From: Terriglobia bacterium
GTDB taxonomy: Bacteria > Acidobacteriota > Terriglobia > JAJPHL01 > JAPKYU01
Length of the DNA: 64,000 nt
Assembly: GCA_965223005.1 (NCBI GenBank)
Contig: CBDCVK010000008.1
Location: 1 to 64,000 of the forward strand
Direction: 5' to 3'
Positions 38,903-47,776 of this stretch are shown here, one piece after another; positions within the stretch are counted from its first letter, which is position 1; each line of letters begins with the position of its first letter. The notes beneath the pieces are model-generated. The model searched no databases. It saw nothing but the letters and a program-made list of their open reading frames with translations, and was not told where the DNA came from. The translations under genes and the position numbers were made by a program.

Positions 38903-40460
38903 GCGCTGGCAGCGGCTTAAAGAACTGTTTCAGGCAGCCCTCGAGCGGGACCCAGCAAGCCGTACTGCATTTCTCGACAGAGCCTGCGCGGGCGATTCAC
39001 GCTTGCGGGAAGAGGTGGTGTCTCTACTTTCCGGCCACCAGGAGGACAGCTTCCTTGAACGGCCGGTTTACCAGGAGGCCGCCGAGCTTTTCGAGGACAC
39101 TTCCGGCGAATCGCTTATCGGCCACCAGCTGGGCCCCTACCTCCTGAGCAAGAAGCTCGGAGAGGGCGGGATGGGTATTGTCTATCTGGCCGAGGACACC
39201 CGGCTAGGGAGGCCTGTTGCGATCAAGGCCCTCGCGCCAGAATATACGAGCAATGTGCAACACCGCCAACGTTTGCAGCAGGAGGCGAAAACTGCTGCGA
39301 CCCTCGCGCACCCGGGGATTGCCACCGTCTACGCTCTGGAGGAATTTGGCGGGCACCTGTACATTGTCAGCGAGTATGTACCTGGAGAAACCCTGCGCGA
39401 GGAATTGACCAGGGGGCCGATTCCTCCCGCGGCACTGTTGCAGATAGGAATCCAGGTAGCCCGCGCGCTCCTGGCTGCCCACGAGCGCGGCGTGATCCAC
39501 CGGGACCTGAAACCCGAGAACATTATTCGAACCCCGGAAGGCAGCATAAAAATCCTCGACTTCGGATTGGCCCGCTTCCAACGGACCAGGCCAGGCGATA
39601 CTGTCTCAGCGATCCGACTGACCAGGGAAGGAACCTTCCTAGGCACCCCAGCCTATTCATCACCGGAGCAGTTGTTGGTTCGGGAGCTGGATTTTCGGAC
39701 CGACATCTTCTCATTCGGCATTTTGCTATACGAGCTTGCGTCGGGAACCCATCCATTCGCCGGCTCGGATCCGGTCTCGACGATCGCGCGCATCCTCGAG
39801 GCAGAGCCCATAGAACTCGCACGGCTCAGTCCCGCCAGCCCCCCTGGACTCGATCAGATCCTCCGACGGTGTCTACACAAGGATCCGGAGCAGCGTTACG
39901 TAGGCACTCGCGAATTGCTGGCCGATCTCGAGCAACTCAGTCCGGAGGTCTATGAATCCGGCTCGCAGTCACCGGTTTCGAAAGTGACTGTCGGAATCGT
40001 TGACGGTCGGCGTGCAACACGCCTAAGCCCGCTCTGGTGGTGGCAGTTCCATCAGGCCTTTGTCGGATTCGGGTACTACTTGATGCTGTATCCGCTGTGG
40101 AAAGTGAAGCAATGGACCCCCGGGGATTGGGGATCACTCATTTTTTTTCCCGCGGTGATGGCTGTGGGCATTGCGGCGAACCTGCGTCTCCATCTATGGT
40201 TCACCTCAAGGGTATATCCTGCCGAGCTCGAGGCACAGCGGCGACGCGTGTTCCTGTGGTTGCGCTGTTCGGATGTGCTGTTCATTCTCCTGCTTTTGGC
40301 GGGAGCGGCTGCGATTCATGATTCCCAGACAGCAGTGGCCACTCTTCTAGTGGGTGTTGCCATAGGCAGCCTGGCTGCATTCATGCTCATTGAACCCGCC
40401 ACCACGCGCGCGGCGTTGAGGAATCCGAGCTCCGGCGTGAGCCAAAAAACTCATCGCTGA
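38892..40460 (+). CDS. Ser/Thr protein kinase with a C-terminal multi-TM domain
   Basis: ERWQRLKELF leader, GEGGMG, HRDLKPEN, DFG, GTPAYSSPE; about 4 hydrophobic helices at the C-terminus. Confidence 0.93.
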   Translation: MNPERWQRLKELFQAALERDPASRTAFLDRACAGDSRLREEVVSLLSGHQEDSFLERPVYQEAAELFEDTSGESLIGHQLGPYLLSKKLGEGGMGIVYLAEDTRLGRPVAIKALAPEYTSNVQHRQRLQQEAKTAATLAHPGIATVYALEEFGGHLYIVSEYVPGETLREELTRGPIPPAALLQIGIQVARALLAAHERGVIHRDLKPENIIRTPEGSIKILDFGLARFQRTRPGDTVSAIRLTREGTFLGTPAYSSPEQLLVRELDFRTDIFSFGILLYELASGTHPFAGSDPVSTIARILEAEPIELARLSPASPPGLDQILRRCLHKDPEQRYVGTRELLADLEQLSPEVYESGSQSPVSKVTVGIVDGRRATRLSPLWWWQFHQAFVGFGYYLMLYPLWKVKQWTPGDWGSLIFFPAVMAVGIAANLRLHLWFTSRVYPAELEAQRRRVFLWLRCSDVLFILLLLAGAAAIHDSQTAVATLLVGVAIGSLAAFMLIEPATTRAALRNPSSGVSQKTHR

Positions 40461-40531
40461 ATTCCTCTTCTTTTTGTGCCGCGCGCCTGAGCAGCGAGGA
40501 CCTCTGTGCAAAAAATGCCCCACAACACTCG

Positions 40532-41416
40532 TCAGCCAATATTGCTGATGCTGGTCAGATCCCTCTGATGTCGGGCTTTCATGAGATGATCGCGCAACGA
40601 GCTCAGCGTTCGCTTCATGGACTGACGAGCCGTGCTGTGGATCGAGGATCGTATCAATAACTTCAGGGGAGTTGGAACAGTACGGCTTAGACTCACCGAT
40701 TCGCATTCAACCAGGACGCCGCCGTCCACCTGCGCATATCGCCAGTACGAATTCAGCCGCCAGAGAAACCCTCGGTCTACCCCTTGCGGCTTCTCTCGTT
40801 CCTCCGCGGAGTTGGGATTCTCTAGCTCAGCGATCTTTACTGCCACGCTCCTGCTGGATGCTCTCGCCCCGCTGTATCGGCGATAGCTTACCAGGTGCTC
40901 TGTATTGTAGACCACGGTCACGACCTTAGAACGCCGCAGCTTGAGGTAGATCTTCAGCCAATTCGGACCTCGTTCCAGAACAGTCGACTCCAACACGTCC
41001 TCTTGTCTCGTATCGCGAGCGCCTGGATTCGCGACCTTCGAAAGCACATCGTCCAGTTCGATGCCCGGGATGAAAATGCTCCCCCGCCAATGATGGACCA
41101 TGCCTCCTGCGACGACGATCTCCTTTCCCCTCGAATTGAGGACCTTCATTTTGGTCACCGGAACTTCGCCTGCAAACAAGGCACTCCTCTCCTCTGCTCT
41201 CTCTGAGGCGGATTGAAAGTCCAGTGCGAGGAATCGTCCTCCCGATTGGATCTCTCTGGCAATGCGTCGCTCCGTCGCATTAACGTAAGCCGTCCATTCC
41301 TTTATCGTCTCGGCCTGCAACTCGGCTGCTTCGAGCCGATTGCCGCGCATCATCCCGAACATCGCAGCCAGCATAACAAGTGATCCAACTATCCCGTGAA
41401 GCATTTGGTGTCGCAT
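40532..41416 (-). CDS. Secreted hypothetical protein
   Basis: Signal peptide; 'GFLWRLNSYWRY..GV.VECESVSLSR'; GGAGGGAG RBS. Confidence 0.7.
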   Translation of the reverse strand: MRHQMLHGIVGSLVMLAAMFGMMRGNRLEAAELQAETIKEWTAYVNATERRIAREIQSGGRFLALDFQSASERAEERSALFAGEVPVTKMKVLNSRGKEIVVAGGMVHHWRGSIFIPGIELDDVLSKVANPGARDTRQEDVLESTVLERGPNWLKIYLKLRRSKVVTVVYNTEHLVSYRRYSGARASSRSVAVKIAELENPNSAEEREKPQGVDRGFLWRLNSYWRYAQVDGGVLVECESVSLSRTVPTPLKLLIRSSIHSTARQSMKRTLSSLRDHLMKARHQRDLTSISNIG

Positions 41417-41430
41417 ACTCCCTCCCTTCC

Positions 41431-41958
41431 TCAGAAATGTCCGTGCCTTGACAAAATCGTTGCCGGGAAACAAGTGCCTCCCCCCTTGACCTGCTCCATT
41501 TGTTTGAGACCTCCTTGAAACACCAGTCGGTCACAGGCGAAGAAATTCAGGGTTGAACAAACAGCAATCGACAGTGAATTGGCGAGCGCGTAGTTCAATT
41601 CCAAATTGCCCACGAAAAGCTTCATTAAGATGAGGTTTCCCCCAATGGACAGCGCACCGGTCGTCAGATTGAAGCGTGCAAGTCTTCTCCACCTGCCGGC
41701 CTTGTTTCCCCGGACGCGTTCGGCCCACGTCCAACTCTCGTGCCATATGAAGTTGTGGAGAACCGCTGCCTCCACTGCCACTCCTGTCCCCAGCAGATAG
41801 TGCAAACCCAACCCCCATGTCAGAACTCCTAATGTGAACAGCTGCACTACAATCCCCAAGGCACCCACTGCATTGAAGACGATCCAGCGCCGCAGTAGTG
41901 CAGATGCTTTCCAGGCTCGGGCCAAGCGGCACCACACGGTCTGAGTCTCCCCCGTCAT
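41431..41958 (-). CDS. GtrA-family small membrane protein
   Basis: FNAVGALG, HNF.WHE.WTW, NF....RLVF. Confidence 0.85.
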   Translation of the reverse strand: MTGETQTVWCRLARAWKASALLRRWIVFNAVGALGIVVQLFTLGVLTWGLGLHYLLGTGVAVEAAVLHNFIWHESWTWAERVRGNKAGRWRRLARFNLTTGALSIGGNLILMKLFVGNLELNYALANSLSIAVCSTLNFFACDRLVFQGGLKQMEQVKGGGTCFPATILSRHGHF

Positions 41959-42638
41959 TGCGGTAGCCTTTCGGCGAGATAGAGGGCGCGCGTATTTCGA
42001 ATCGCTGAGACCATTAGTTTCAACGCTAGGCCTACAATGCCGATAATCCCGCCCACATCGAACAGCAGAAAAGGCCCGATACTTCCCAGATAGACCATTG
42101 GCTTATAAAGGAGATAGAGCGTCCCCACGGCCAGCAGTATCCGAAGCTCTGTTGGACCAAGTCTCAGAAAAGAGAGACGAAACACCCGCTGTACATGTGT
42201 TGCGAGAAATACTTCAGCAGTCACCATCAGGAAGGCGACCAGTACTCCCAACGCCACCAGGGGGCTCATGTAGCCCGAGAGGGCCAGGCCACCCAAGAGG
42301 AAGAAAGTCCCCACGATATCGATCACATGATCGACATAAAAACCATACCGAGGCCTCTGCCGGTTTCGGACTCTGGCCAGGGTGCCATCCATACTGTCTC
42401 CGAACCAGTTAAGCGCCAGGGCGATAACGACCAGCACCAATGCCATCCGGTTCTGGCTGGCTGCCCAGTAGGCCATTCCAGCTGAGAACATGGAAGCAAA
42501 CCCCAGGAGCGTTAAATGGTCCGAAGTGATCCACGGTGGCAGGCGCTTGGCCATCCACACCAAGGCTCGCTTTTCCGCAGCGGCCGATACGCTCCCGTTT
42601 TCCCGGATATGTATTGGATTTGTCTCGTTCTGCATCAT
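41955..42638 (-). CDS. CDP-alcohol phosphatidyltransferase family protein
   Basis: D-x2-DG-x2-AR-x8-G-x3-D-x3-D signature (DSMDGTLARVRNRQRPRYGFYVDHVID). Confidence 0.92.
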   Translation of the reverse strand: MMQNETNPIHIRENGSVSAAAEKRALVWMAKRLPPWITSDHLTLLGFASMFSAGMAYWAASQNRMALVLVVIALALNWFGDSMDGTLARVRNRQRPRYGFYVDHVIDIVGTFFLLGGLALSGYMSPLVALGVLVAFLMVTAEVFLATHVQRVFRLSFLRLGPTELRILLAVGTLYLLYKPMVYLGSIGPFLLFDVGGIIGIVGLALKLMVSAIRNTRALYLAERLPQ

Positions 42639-42772
42639 TAGTGTCCTCTTCTTAAGGACTGCCCATTCTTAACAGCCGGCGTGCATTCCGAGTTCTCACG
42701 CCGGGAACCTGACAGTCCGGCTATCCCTTCTAATAGCTAATGTGAAATCGAGATCAAAAACGGCTCAAGATA

Positions 42773-42919
42773 AATATCGGGGGCGTGGAGGCGCCGCTGT
42801 TCTTCACCAGTGGAGGGCAGGTAAACGCACAGATCCCGTTTGAGCTGGAGGCGACGAGCCGGCCGCAGGTGGTTGTGAAGACACGGCGCGATGGCAGCGG
42901 GCCGGAGGTGGGCTGGTAG
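42773..42919 (+). pseudogene. Fragment of a Solibacter-type TIGR03437-like C-terminal domain
   Basis: Reads NIGGVEAPLFFTSGGQVNAQIPFELEATSRPQVVV with no upstream start. Confidence 0.65.
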
Positions 42920-43013
42920 CATCAGGACCCTCGCCCGACCCGCGAGCCGGAAGCCTCGCAAGCCCCTTCCGCCGCGAACTCCCCGAAGTAGCTTTTTCTC
43001 AGGCATTCTCAAC

Positions 43014-43079
43014 AGACCCCCCTCGCGTTGACTTGCCAGCGGGCGGGGCGTAGCATGGCCGCACCGAGGGGGGCTTCCT
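43014..43079 (+). repeat. Dispersed kinase-leader repeat, copy 4 (TTGACT-17-TAGCAT plus GAGGGGG)
   Basis: Similar to 4688-4723 and to the reverse complement of 2230-2279 and 4630-4679. Confidence 0.8.
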
Positions 43080-43185
43080 ATGATTGGCCAGACGCTCGGA
43101 CGCTACGGTATCGTCGAGAAGCCCAGAGAAGGCGGCATGGGCGTCGTTTACAAGGCTGAAGACACGCGGCTGACCCGCGACAGTC
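43080..43185 (+). pseudogene. Ser/Thr kinase N-terminal stub
   Basis: MIGQTLGRYGIVEKPREGGMGVVYKAEDTRLTRD, after which similarity stops. Confidence 0.8.
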
Positions 43186-43402
43186 GCGACAGGACGGCTG
43201 GCGTTGCTCTTCAGCCAAGAGAAGTTCGAATGGGGAACTCCGGATCGAATCAGAAACGGGTGATCTATCAGAGAACCTACCCTGCCACCCTAGTGGGGGC
43301 AGGGCGGAAGGGGTTCCGGCATGACTAAATCTGTTCTTGGCTCTCTGTTCCTGATCTTGGCGCCGCTTCTTACGTTTGCTGATGAACCCTGGGGAAAAGC
43401 CC

Positions 43403-43427
43403 GGTTCGAGTCCCGTCGGCCCCGCCA
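43403..43427 (+). repeat. att-like duplicate of the tRNA-Asp 3' end
   Basis: Identical to 37841-37865. Confidence 0.92.
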
Positions 43428-43479
43428 ATCTTTCCAAGGACTTAGCCATTCCCACATCTCGTAACTTGTGTTTAGAATC

Positions 43480-43580
43480 CCGCAGGGCTTCCGGTCCAGG
43501 GCTTTAACGGTCGCCATGACGGTCTCCGGTATTGATTAGCATACATGTTCATTGTCGTGCTGGCCTGCTGCGAAACGGGC
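43480..43580 (-). pseudogene. Frameshifted C-terminal remnant of a tyrosine recombinase
   Basis: SQQASTTMNMYA / IPETVMATVKALDRK resembles the box II catalytic-Tyr region and ends next to the att repeat. Confidence 0.5.
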
Positions 43581-43882
43581 AAGAATAGCTGTGGATTTCG
43601 CCGTTGGACCAACCGGCGGTCAAAGGTACCAGCGCTGGTGTTGGCCTGGAGTCTGCCAGTGCGGCGCGCGGAAGCCCACAGTTTCACTGGGCAGGTCAAC
43701 ATGCCGGAGGACTCTCATTTAGGCCGGTCCAATTCTTGGGAAGCAGGTCAGTAGCATTCCTCGCTAAAAAGTCGCAGTGAAGCTTCCCGTTGAGGGACAG
43801 TTTCGAAACGGGAATCGACGCTTCTTCTAACTTCCAGAAAGAAAAGGGAATGGGCTGGCATGCCACGTGCATTGCATGAACT

Positions 43883-45253
43883 GTGTTCCCGGCCTGGAGC
43901 CTGCTGTTGCCCCTGTTGCCGCTGGCCGGCATTCTGGCCATGGTCGGGTTCATGGCGCTGCGGCGCTGGCGGCGAGGTCGCCGGTTTGCGCGGCGCGATG
44001 ACCTGCGGCGTCAGTGGGTGGAGCGGCTCCCAGTGCTGCTGTCGGGTGTGGAGATTTCCCGGGTCGAACTGGCCACGCGGGATCGGCGCGAGACGCTGGA
44101 GACGCTGGTTATCGATCGCCTGGAAGTCGCTACCGGGCAGGAGGCGCAACGGCTGAGGAAGCTGTTGGAGCGCGCTGGCTTTCTGGACCGCCACGTGGAC
44201 TGGCTGCGGCGCGGCAAGCACTGGCAGAAGCTGCAATCGGCTGCCCTGCTGGGCAGAGCCGGCGCTCGTGTGGCAGTGCCAGCTTTGATAGACCTCCTGC
44301 GCGACCCCTCTCCGGAGTTGCGCCAGGCTGCCGCCCGGGCCCTGGCAGCTATCGGCGACCCGCTAGCGGCTTCGGCCTTGATCCAGTGCGTCGCCGAACC
44401 CGCCCTGCCGCTGCACCCTACCATTTGGTTGCACGCGGCGGTCGGCTGCCGCATCCCGAGGGGATCTCTGATTTTGCTGCTGCACGACCAGCGAGCGCAG
44501 GTGCGCACCCTGGCAGCCCGCGCTCTGAGTGAGTTGCCTGAACCAGCCACCTTCGATCAGGTGCAGGAATTTGCTTTTGATCCCGACGAAGAAGTGCGCG
44601 CGCAAATAGCCCGAATTCTGGGACGCACCGCTGACCCGCGAGCTGCGCCAATACTGGTCGTGCTGGCGAGAGATTTCGCTTGGTTCGTGCGCCTGCGAGC
44701 CTTGGCGGGCATCGGGGACTTGAACCGTCCAGAGTGCCTGGACGCAGTGCTGCATGCGACACGCGATTCCCATTTTCAGGTACGACAGCGCGCTGCCACG
44801 ACCCTGGCGCGCCTGGCCGCCAAACCCTTACCCGTTCTGCGCTACTTGATGAATGCAGGAGACCGCTACGCCCTGGAGGCGTACCTGTCGCTGCTGGGCC
44901 GCAGCGGGTTACTGTGGCGTACGATTGCGCTACTGCTGTCTGCACAAGCCGAGGAACGCCAGGAAGCCACCAGCCTGTTGTGTGCCGCACTCCGCGCCGG
45001 GGTTGCCCAAGAGTTCCTATATGCGCTGGAAACGCACCCCGATTTTCGGGTTCGCTTGAAAGTGGCGAGACTGCTCGTTCAACACCCTAGCCCGGCTATT
45101 GCTCCAGCCATCGAGCAAATCCAGGCTCGCGCCACCGACGGTCGGCAGCAGCGCGTGCTGCGCTGGCTGAGTGAACAGTTACAAGCGGCCCTGGTCGCAC
45201 CGGCTGCCTATGAGCCTCCCCGAGGTCGTCATGCGCTGGCTGATCGCGTTTAA
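43883..45253 (+). CDS. Membrane-anchored HEAT-repeat protein
   Basis: N-terminal TM; repeated L.D....VR..AA.AL units. Confidence 0.85.
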   Translation: MFPAWSLLLPLLPLAGILAMVGFMALRRWRRGRRFARRDDLRRQWVERLPVLLSGVEISRVELATRDRRETLETLVIDRLEVATGQEAQRLRKLLERAGFLDRHVDWLRRGKHWQKLQSAALLGRAGARVAVPALIDLLRDPSPELRQAAARALAAIGDPLAASALIQCVAEPALPLHPTIWLHAAVGCRIPRGSLILLLHDQRAQVRTLAARALSELPEPATFDQVQEFAFDPDEEVRAQIARILGRTADPRAAPILVVLARDFAWFVRLRALAGIGDLNRPECLDAVLHATRDSHFQVRQRAATTLARLAAKPLPVLRYLMNAGDRYALEAYLSLLGRSGLLWRTIALLLSAQAEERQEATSLLCAALRAGVAQEFLYALETHPDFRVRLKVARLLVQHPSPAIAPAIEQIQARATDGRQQRVLRWLSEQLQAALVAPAAYEPPRGRHALADRV

Positions 45254-46652
45254 CCAATTCGTTGTCCTCTACTACCTGTATTCCGCGGTCCACTACCTGC
45301 TGTTAATGGTGGCCTCGTTGTGGTCCAGCGTGCAACACCAGCGGCGCATAAAGAACCTCTCGCTTCAGGAGATCTACTCCTCGCCTTTCACGCCTCCCAT
45401 TTCGTTGTTGGTCCCGGCCTACAACGAAGAGGCCACTGTTGTGGAGTCGGTCCGCTCACTGCTGTCCTTGAACTACCCGGAATTGGAAGTGGTGGTGATT
45501 AACGACGGCAGCGAGGACCAGACGCTGGCCCGGCTGGAGGGCGCCTTCCGGTTGATCCGGACTCAGTACGTCATTGCTCCGCGGCTGAAGACCCAAACGG
45601 TGCGCGCCGCTTATGTCAGCTTGACCGAACCCCGTCTTCTGGTACTGGACAAAGAAAATGGCGGCGGTAAAGCGGATGCGCTGAACGCCGGCATCAACGT
45701 CGCCCGCAACCCCTATTTCTGTGCGCTGGATGCTGACGCAGTGCTGGAAAGCGACGCATTGTTGCGGATGGCGCTGCCCATGGTGCTGGACCCGGAGCGG
45801 GTGGTGGCGGTCGGCGGCATCGTGCGGGTGGTGAACGGGTGCAGGGTCGCCTCCGGACGGGTCACCGGCGTTCACCTGCCGCGTCCCAGTATAGAAGCCA
45901 TCCAGGTGGTGGAGTACCTGCGGGCCTTCCTGTTCGGCCGTGAGGGCTGGAGCGCGTTGAATGGCATGCTGATTATCTCCGGGGCCTTTGGCTGTTTTTC
46001 CCGCCAAATGGTGTTGGAATTGGGCGGCTACCGCGCGGACGCGATCGCGGAGGACATGGATCTGGTGGTGCGGATGCATCTGCACCTGCGGCGCCAACGG
46101 GGGAGTTCTTATCGCATCCGCTTCATCCCCGACCCGGTCTGCTGGACCGAGGTGCCCAGCGACCTGGCCTCTCTGGCGGGCCAGCGGAAGCGCTGGCAAA
46201 AGGGCCTGGTCCAGGTGCTCTGGCGCTACCGCTCCATGATGCTGAACCCGCGCTACGGGTTCATCGGGCTGGTAGCATTCCCCTACCACGTTGTGGTGGA
46301 ACTGCTGGGAGCGGTGGTGGAACTGCTCGGCTGGCTTGCCATCCTAACTGCGGCCTTGCTGGGAGTGCTCACCTGGGCCACCTTTGTTTATTTCATGATC
46401 CTGGCTTATCTGGTGGGCACGTTGGTCTCCATTGGTTCGGTCGTCCTAGAGGAGATCACCTACCGCCGCTATCAGAAGATCAGCGAGGTGGCACGGCTGC
46501 TTCTCCTGTGCACCCTGGAGTTCTTCCCTTACCGGCAGTTTCTGGTGTTCTGGCGGGTAGTGGCAATGATCGAACTGCTGGCGGGCAAGCGAGCCTGGGG
46601 CCGGATGAACCGGCGCGGCTTTACCCCAGCACATCCCTCCGGGGGTGTCTAG
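45210..46652 (+). CDS. Processive family-2 glycosyltransferase (PgaC/cellulose-synthase-like)
   Basis: PAYNEE, NDGS, GKADALN, DAD, AED, QRKRW; TMs at both ends. Confidence 0.92.
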   Translation: MSLPEVVMRWLIAFNQFVVLYYLYSAVHYLLLMVASLWSSVQHQRRIKNLSLQEIYSSPFTPPISLLVPAYNEEATVVESVRSLLSLNYPELEVVVINDGSEDQTLARLEGAFRLIRTQYVIAPRLKTQTVRAAYVSLTEPRLLVLDKENGGGKADALNAGINVARNPYFCALDADAVLESDALLRMALPMVLDPERVVAVGGIVRVVNGCRVASGRVTGVHLPRPSIEAIQVVEYLRAFLFGREGWSALNGMLIISGAFGCFSRQMVLELGGYRADAIAEDMDLVVRMHLHLRRQRGSSYRIRFIPDPVCWTEVPSDLASLAGQRKRWQKGLVQVLWRYRSMMLNPRYGFIGLVAFPYHVVVELLGAVVELLGWLAILTAALLGVLTWATFVYFMILAYLVGTLVSIGSVVLEEITYRRYQKISEVARLLLLCTLEFFPYRQFLVFWRVVAMIELLAGKRAWGRMNRRGFTPAHPSGGV

Positions 46653-46776
46653 TCTTAGGGCAGAAGAGGGGTCATTCATCCCGACTACAGCGGGGTGGCC
46701 CAGCCTGCAGCATAGCCGCGCTTCCCGCGCGTTTCATACTCTGACCTCTGCGAGCGCTCTCCCTCGGCCGCAATGT

Positions 46777-47169
46777 CTATTTTGTTTTAAATGTGAATTT
46801 GAAAGGAACTAGAGGGTTTCCACTCTTGTCTTTGAAGTTTTTAAACTTTTGGCTATTTATCCAAATGACATATTCTTTATTGGGCTCCAATTTTACAGGC
46901 AATACATTGCGTGTGTAGTTGTTCGTATAGTGTGGCTGCCCTGTCATCTCCGGGAAGTCGTTCTTATTCGTATATGCCCATGACCAATTCTGATCCATCA
47001 TTTCCTCATTGAATGTTGCTGATATTTCGTTTGTAGACGGGTCGACATCCTGGCTCCCATTTGGTGGGGATGTACCGACAACAAGGGGGGCCTCGGTGTC
47101 TTTGCTGCTGCACCCTGCAGAGATAATGATCAGCACGATCATTAGAACAAACAGAACCTTCTGGATCAT
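46777..47169 (-). CDS. Ig-like domain lipoprotein (AT-rich gene)
   Basis: Lipobox SAGC; 'P.VV.T.P.NG..DV...I..TFNE.M', 'LEPNKEY', 'KDKSGNPL'; AAGGAGG RBS. Confidence 0.85.
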   Translation of the reverse strand: MIQKVLFVLMIVLIIISAGCSSKDTEAPLVVGTSPPNGSQDVDPSTNEISATFNEEMMDQNWSWAYTNKNDFPEMTGQPHYTNNYTRNVLPVKLEPNKEYVIWINSQKFKNFKDKSGNPLVPFKFTFKTK

Positions 47170-47382
47170 TTGAGAACCTCCTTACAAAGCCTGTGGACAC
47201 CTAACTCTTGTTCATGCTGATTCGCATAACGCCTCGTCCCGGTCAGCACGATAAATGATCATTCGATTCCTCGTCAAACTGGCCGAGGATGTTGTCGTCC
47301 AGAAGAAGGTCTCCTAAATCTTCCAGCTACGATGCTGTGCCCTGAGCTTTTTGCCTCAGTCTGGATTATACTTCCACCCTGC

Positions 47383-47745
47383 ATGTTTGAGCCGGAGCGG
47401 TACATCTCCCTTACAACGTTCCGCCGATCGGGACAGCCTGTTTCGGCGCCCGTTTGGTTCGTGGAGGACGCAGGCAAACTGTACGTGAGAACCGAAGCGC
47501 AAACCGGCAAGGTCAAGAGGCTGCGCAACAATCCCCAGGTGGAAGTGGCGCCCTGCACAGCGAGGGGAAAACCCAAGGGGTCGGCGGTTAAGGCCCTCTG
47601 CCGGATACTCAATCCGCCCGAGGAGCCCCGCCCCAGGAGCTTGATCTCGAAGAAGTACGGCTGGCAGGTTCGGATCGTAGACTGGATTGTCCGGCTGCAA
47701 CGTAAGCGACCCGTCTTTTTGGAGATCAACCTTAGCTCGGCTTGA
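47383..47745 (+). CDS. PPOX-class (F420/FMN split-barrel) oxidoreductase
   Basis: YISLTTFRRSG.PV..PVWF, GKVKRLRNNPQV.VAPC..RG. Confidence 0.85.
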   Translation: MFEPERYISLTTFRRSGQPVSAPVWFVEDAGKLYVRTEAQTGKVKRLRNNPQVEVAPCTARGKPKGSAVKALCRILNPPEEPRPRSLISKKYGWQVRIVDWIVRLQRKRPVFLEINLSSA

Positions 47746-47776
47746 ACCGTTGCCGTCGAAGCGTGGGAGGAATGCA

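Larger units (their letters stand above)
37866..43427. mobile_element. tRNA-Asp-integrated genomic islet (no intact integrase inside)
   Basis: Bounded by the perfect 25-bp repeat ggttcgagtcccgtcggccccgcca at 37841-37865 and 43403-43427. Confidence 0.8.

Noticed and set aside
43403-43427. Second tRNA-Asp gene
   Set aside because: Only the T-loop and 3' acceptor half are present; it is an att-type duplicate
43478-43530. Resemblance to a c-di-GMP-I riboswitch (cgcagggcttccggtccagg) upstream of HEAT/GT2
   Set aside because: The GGCAAA..GAAA first stem is absent, and the region is better explained as an integrase remnant on the minus strand
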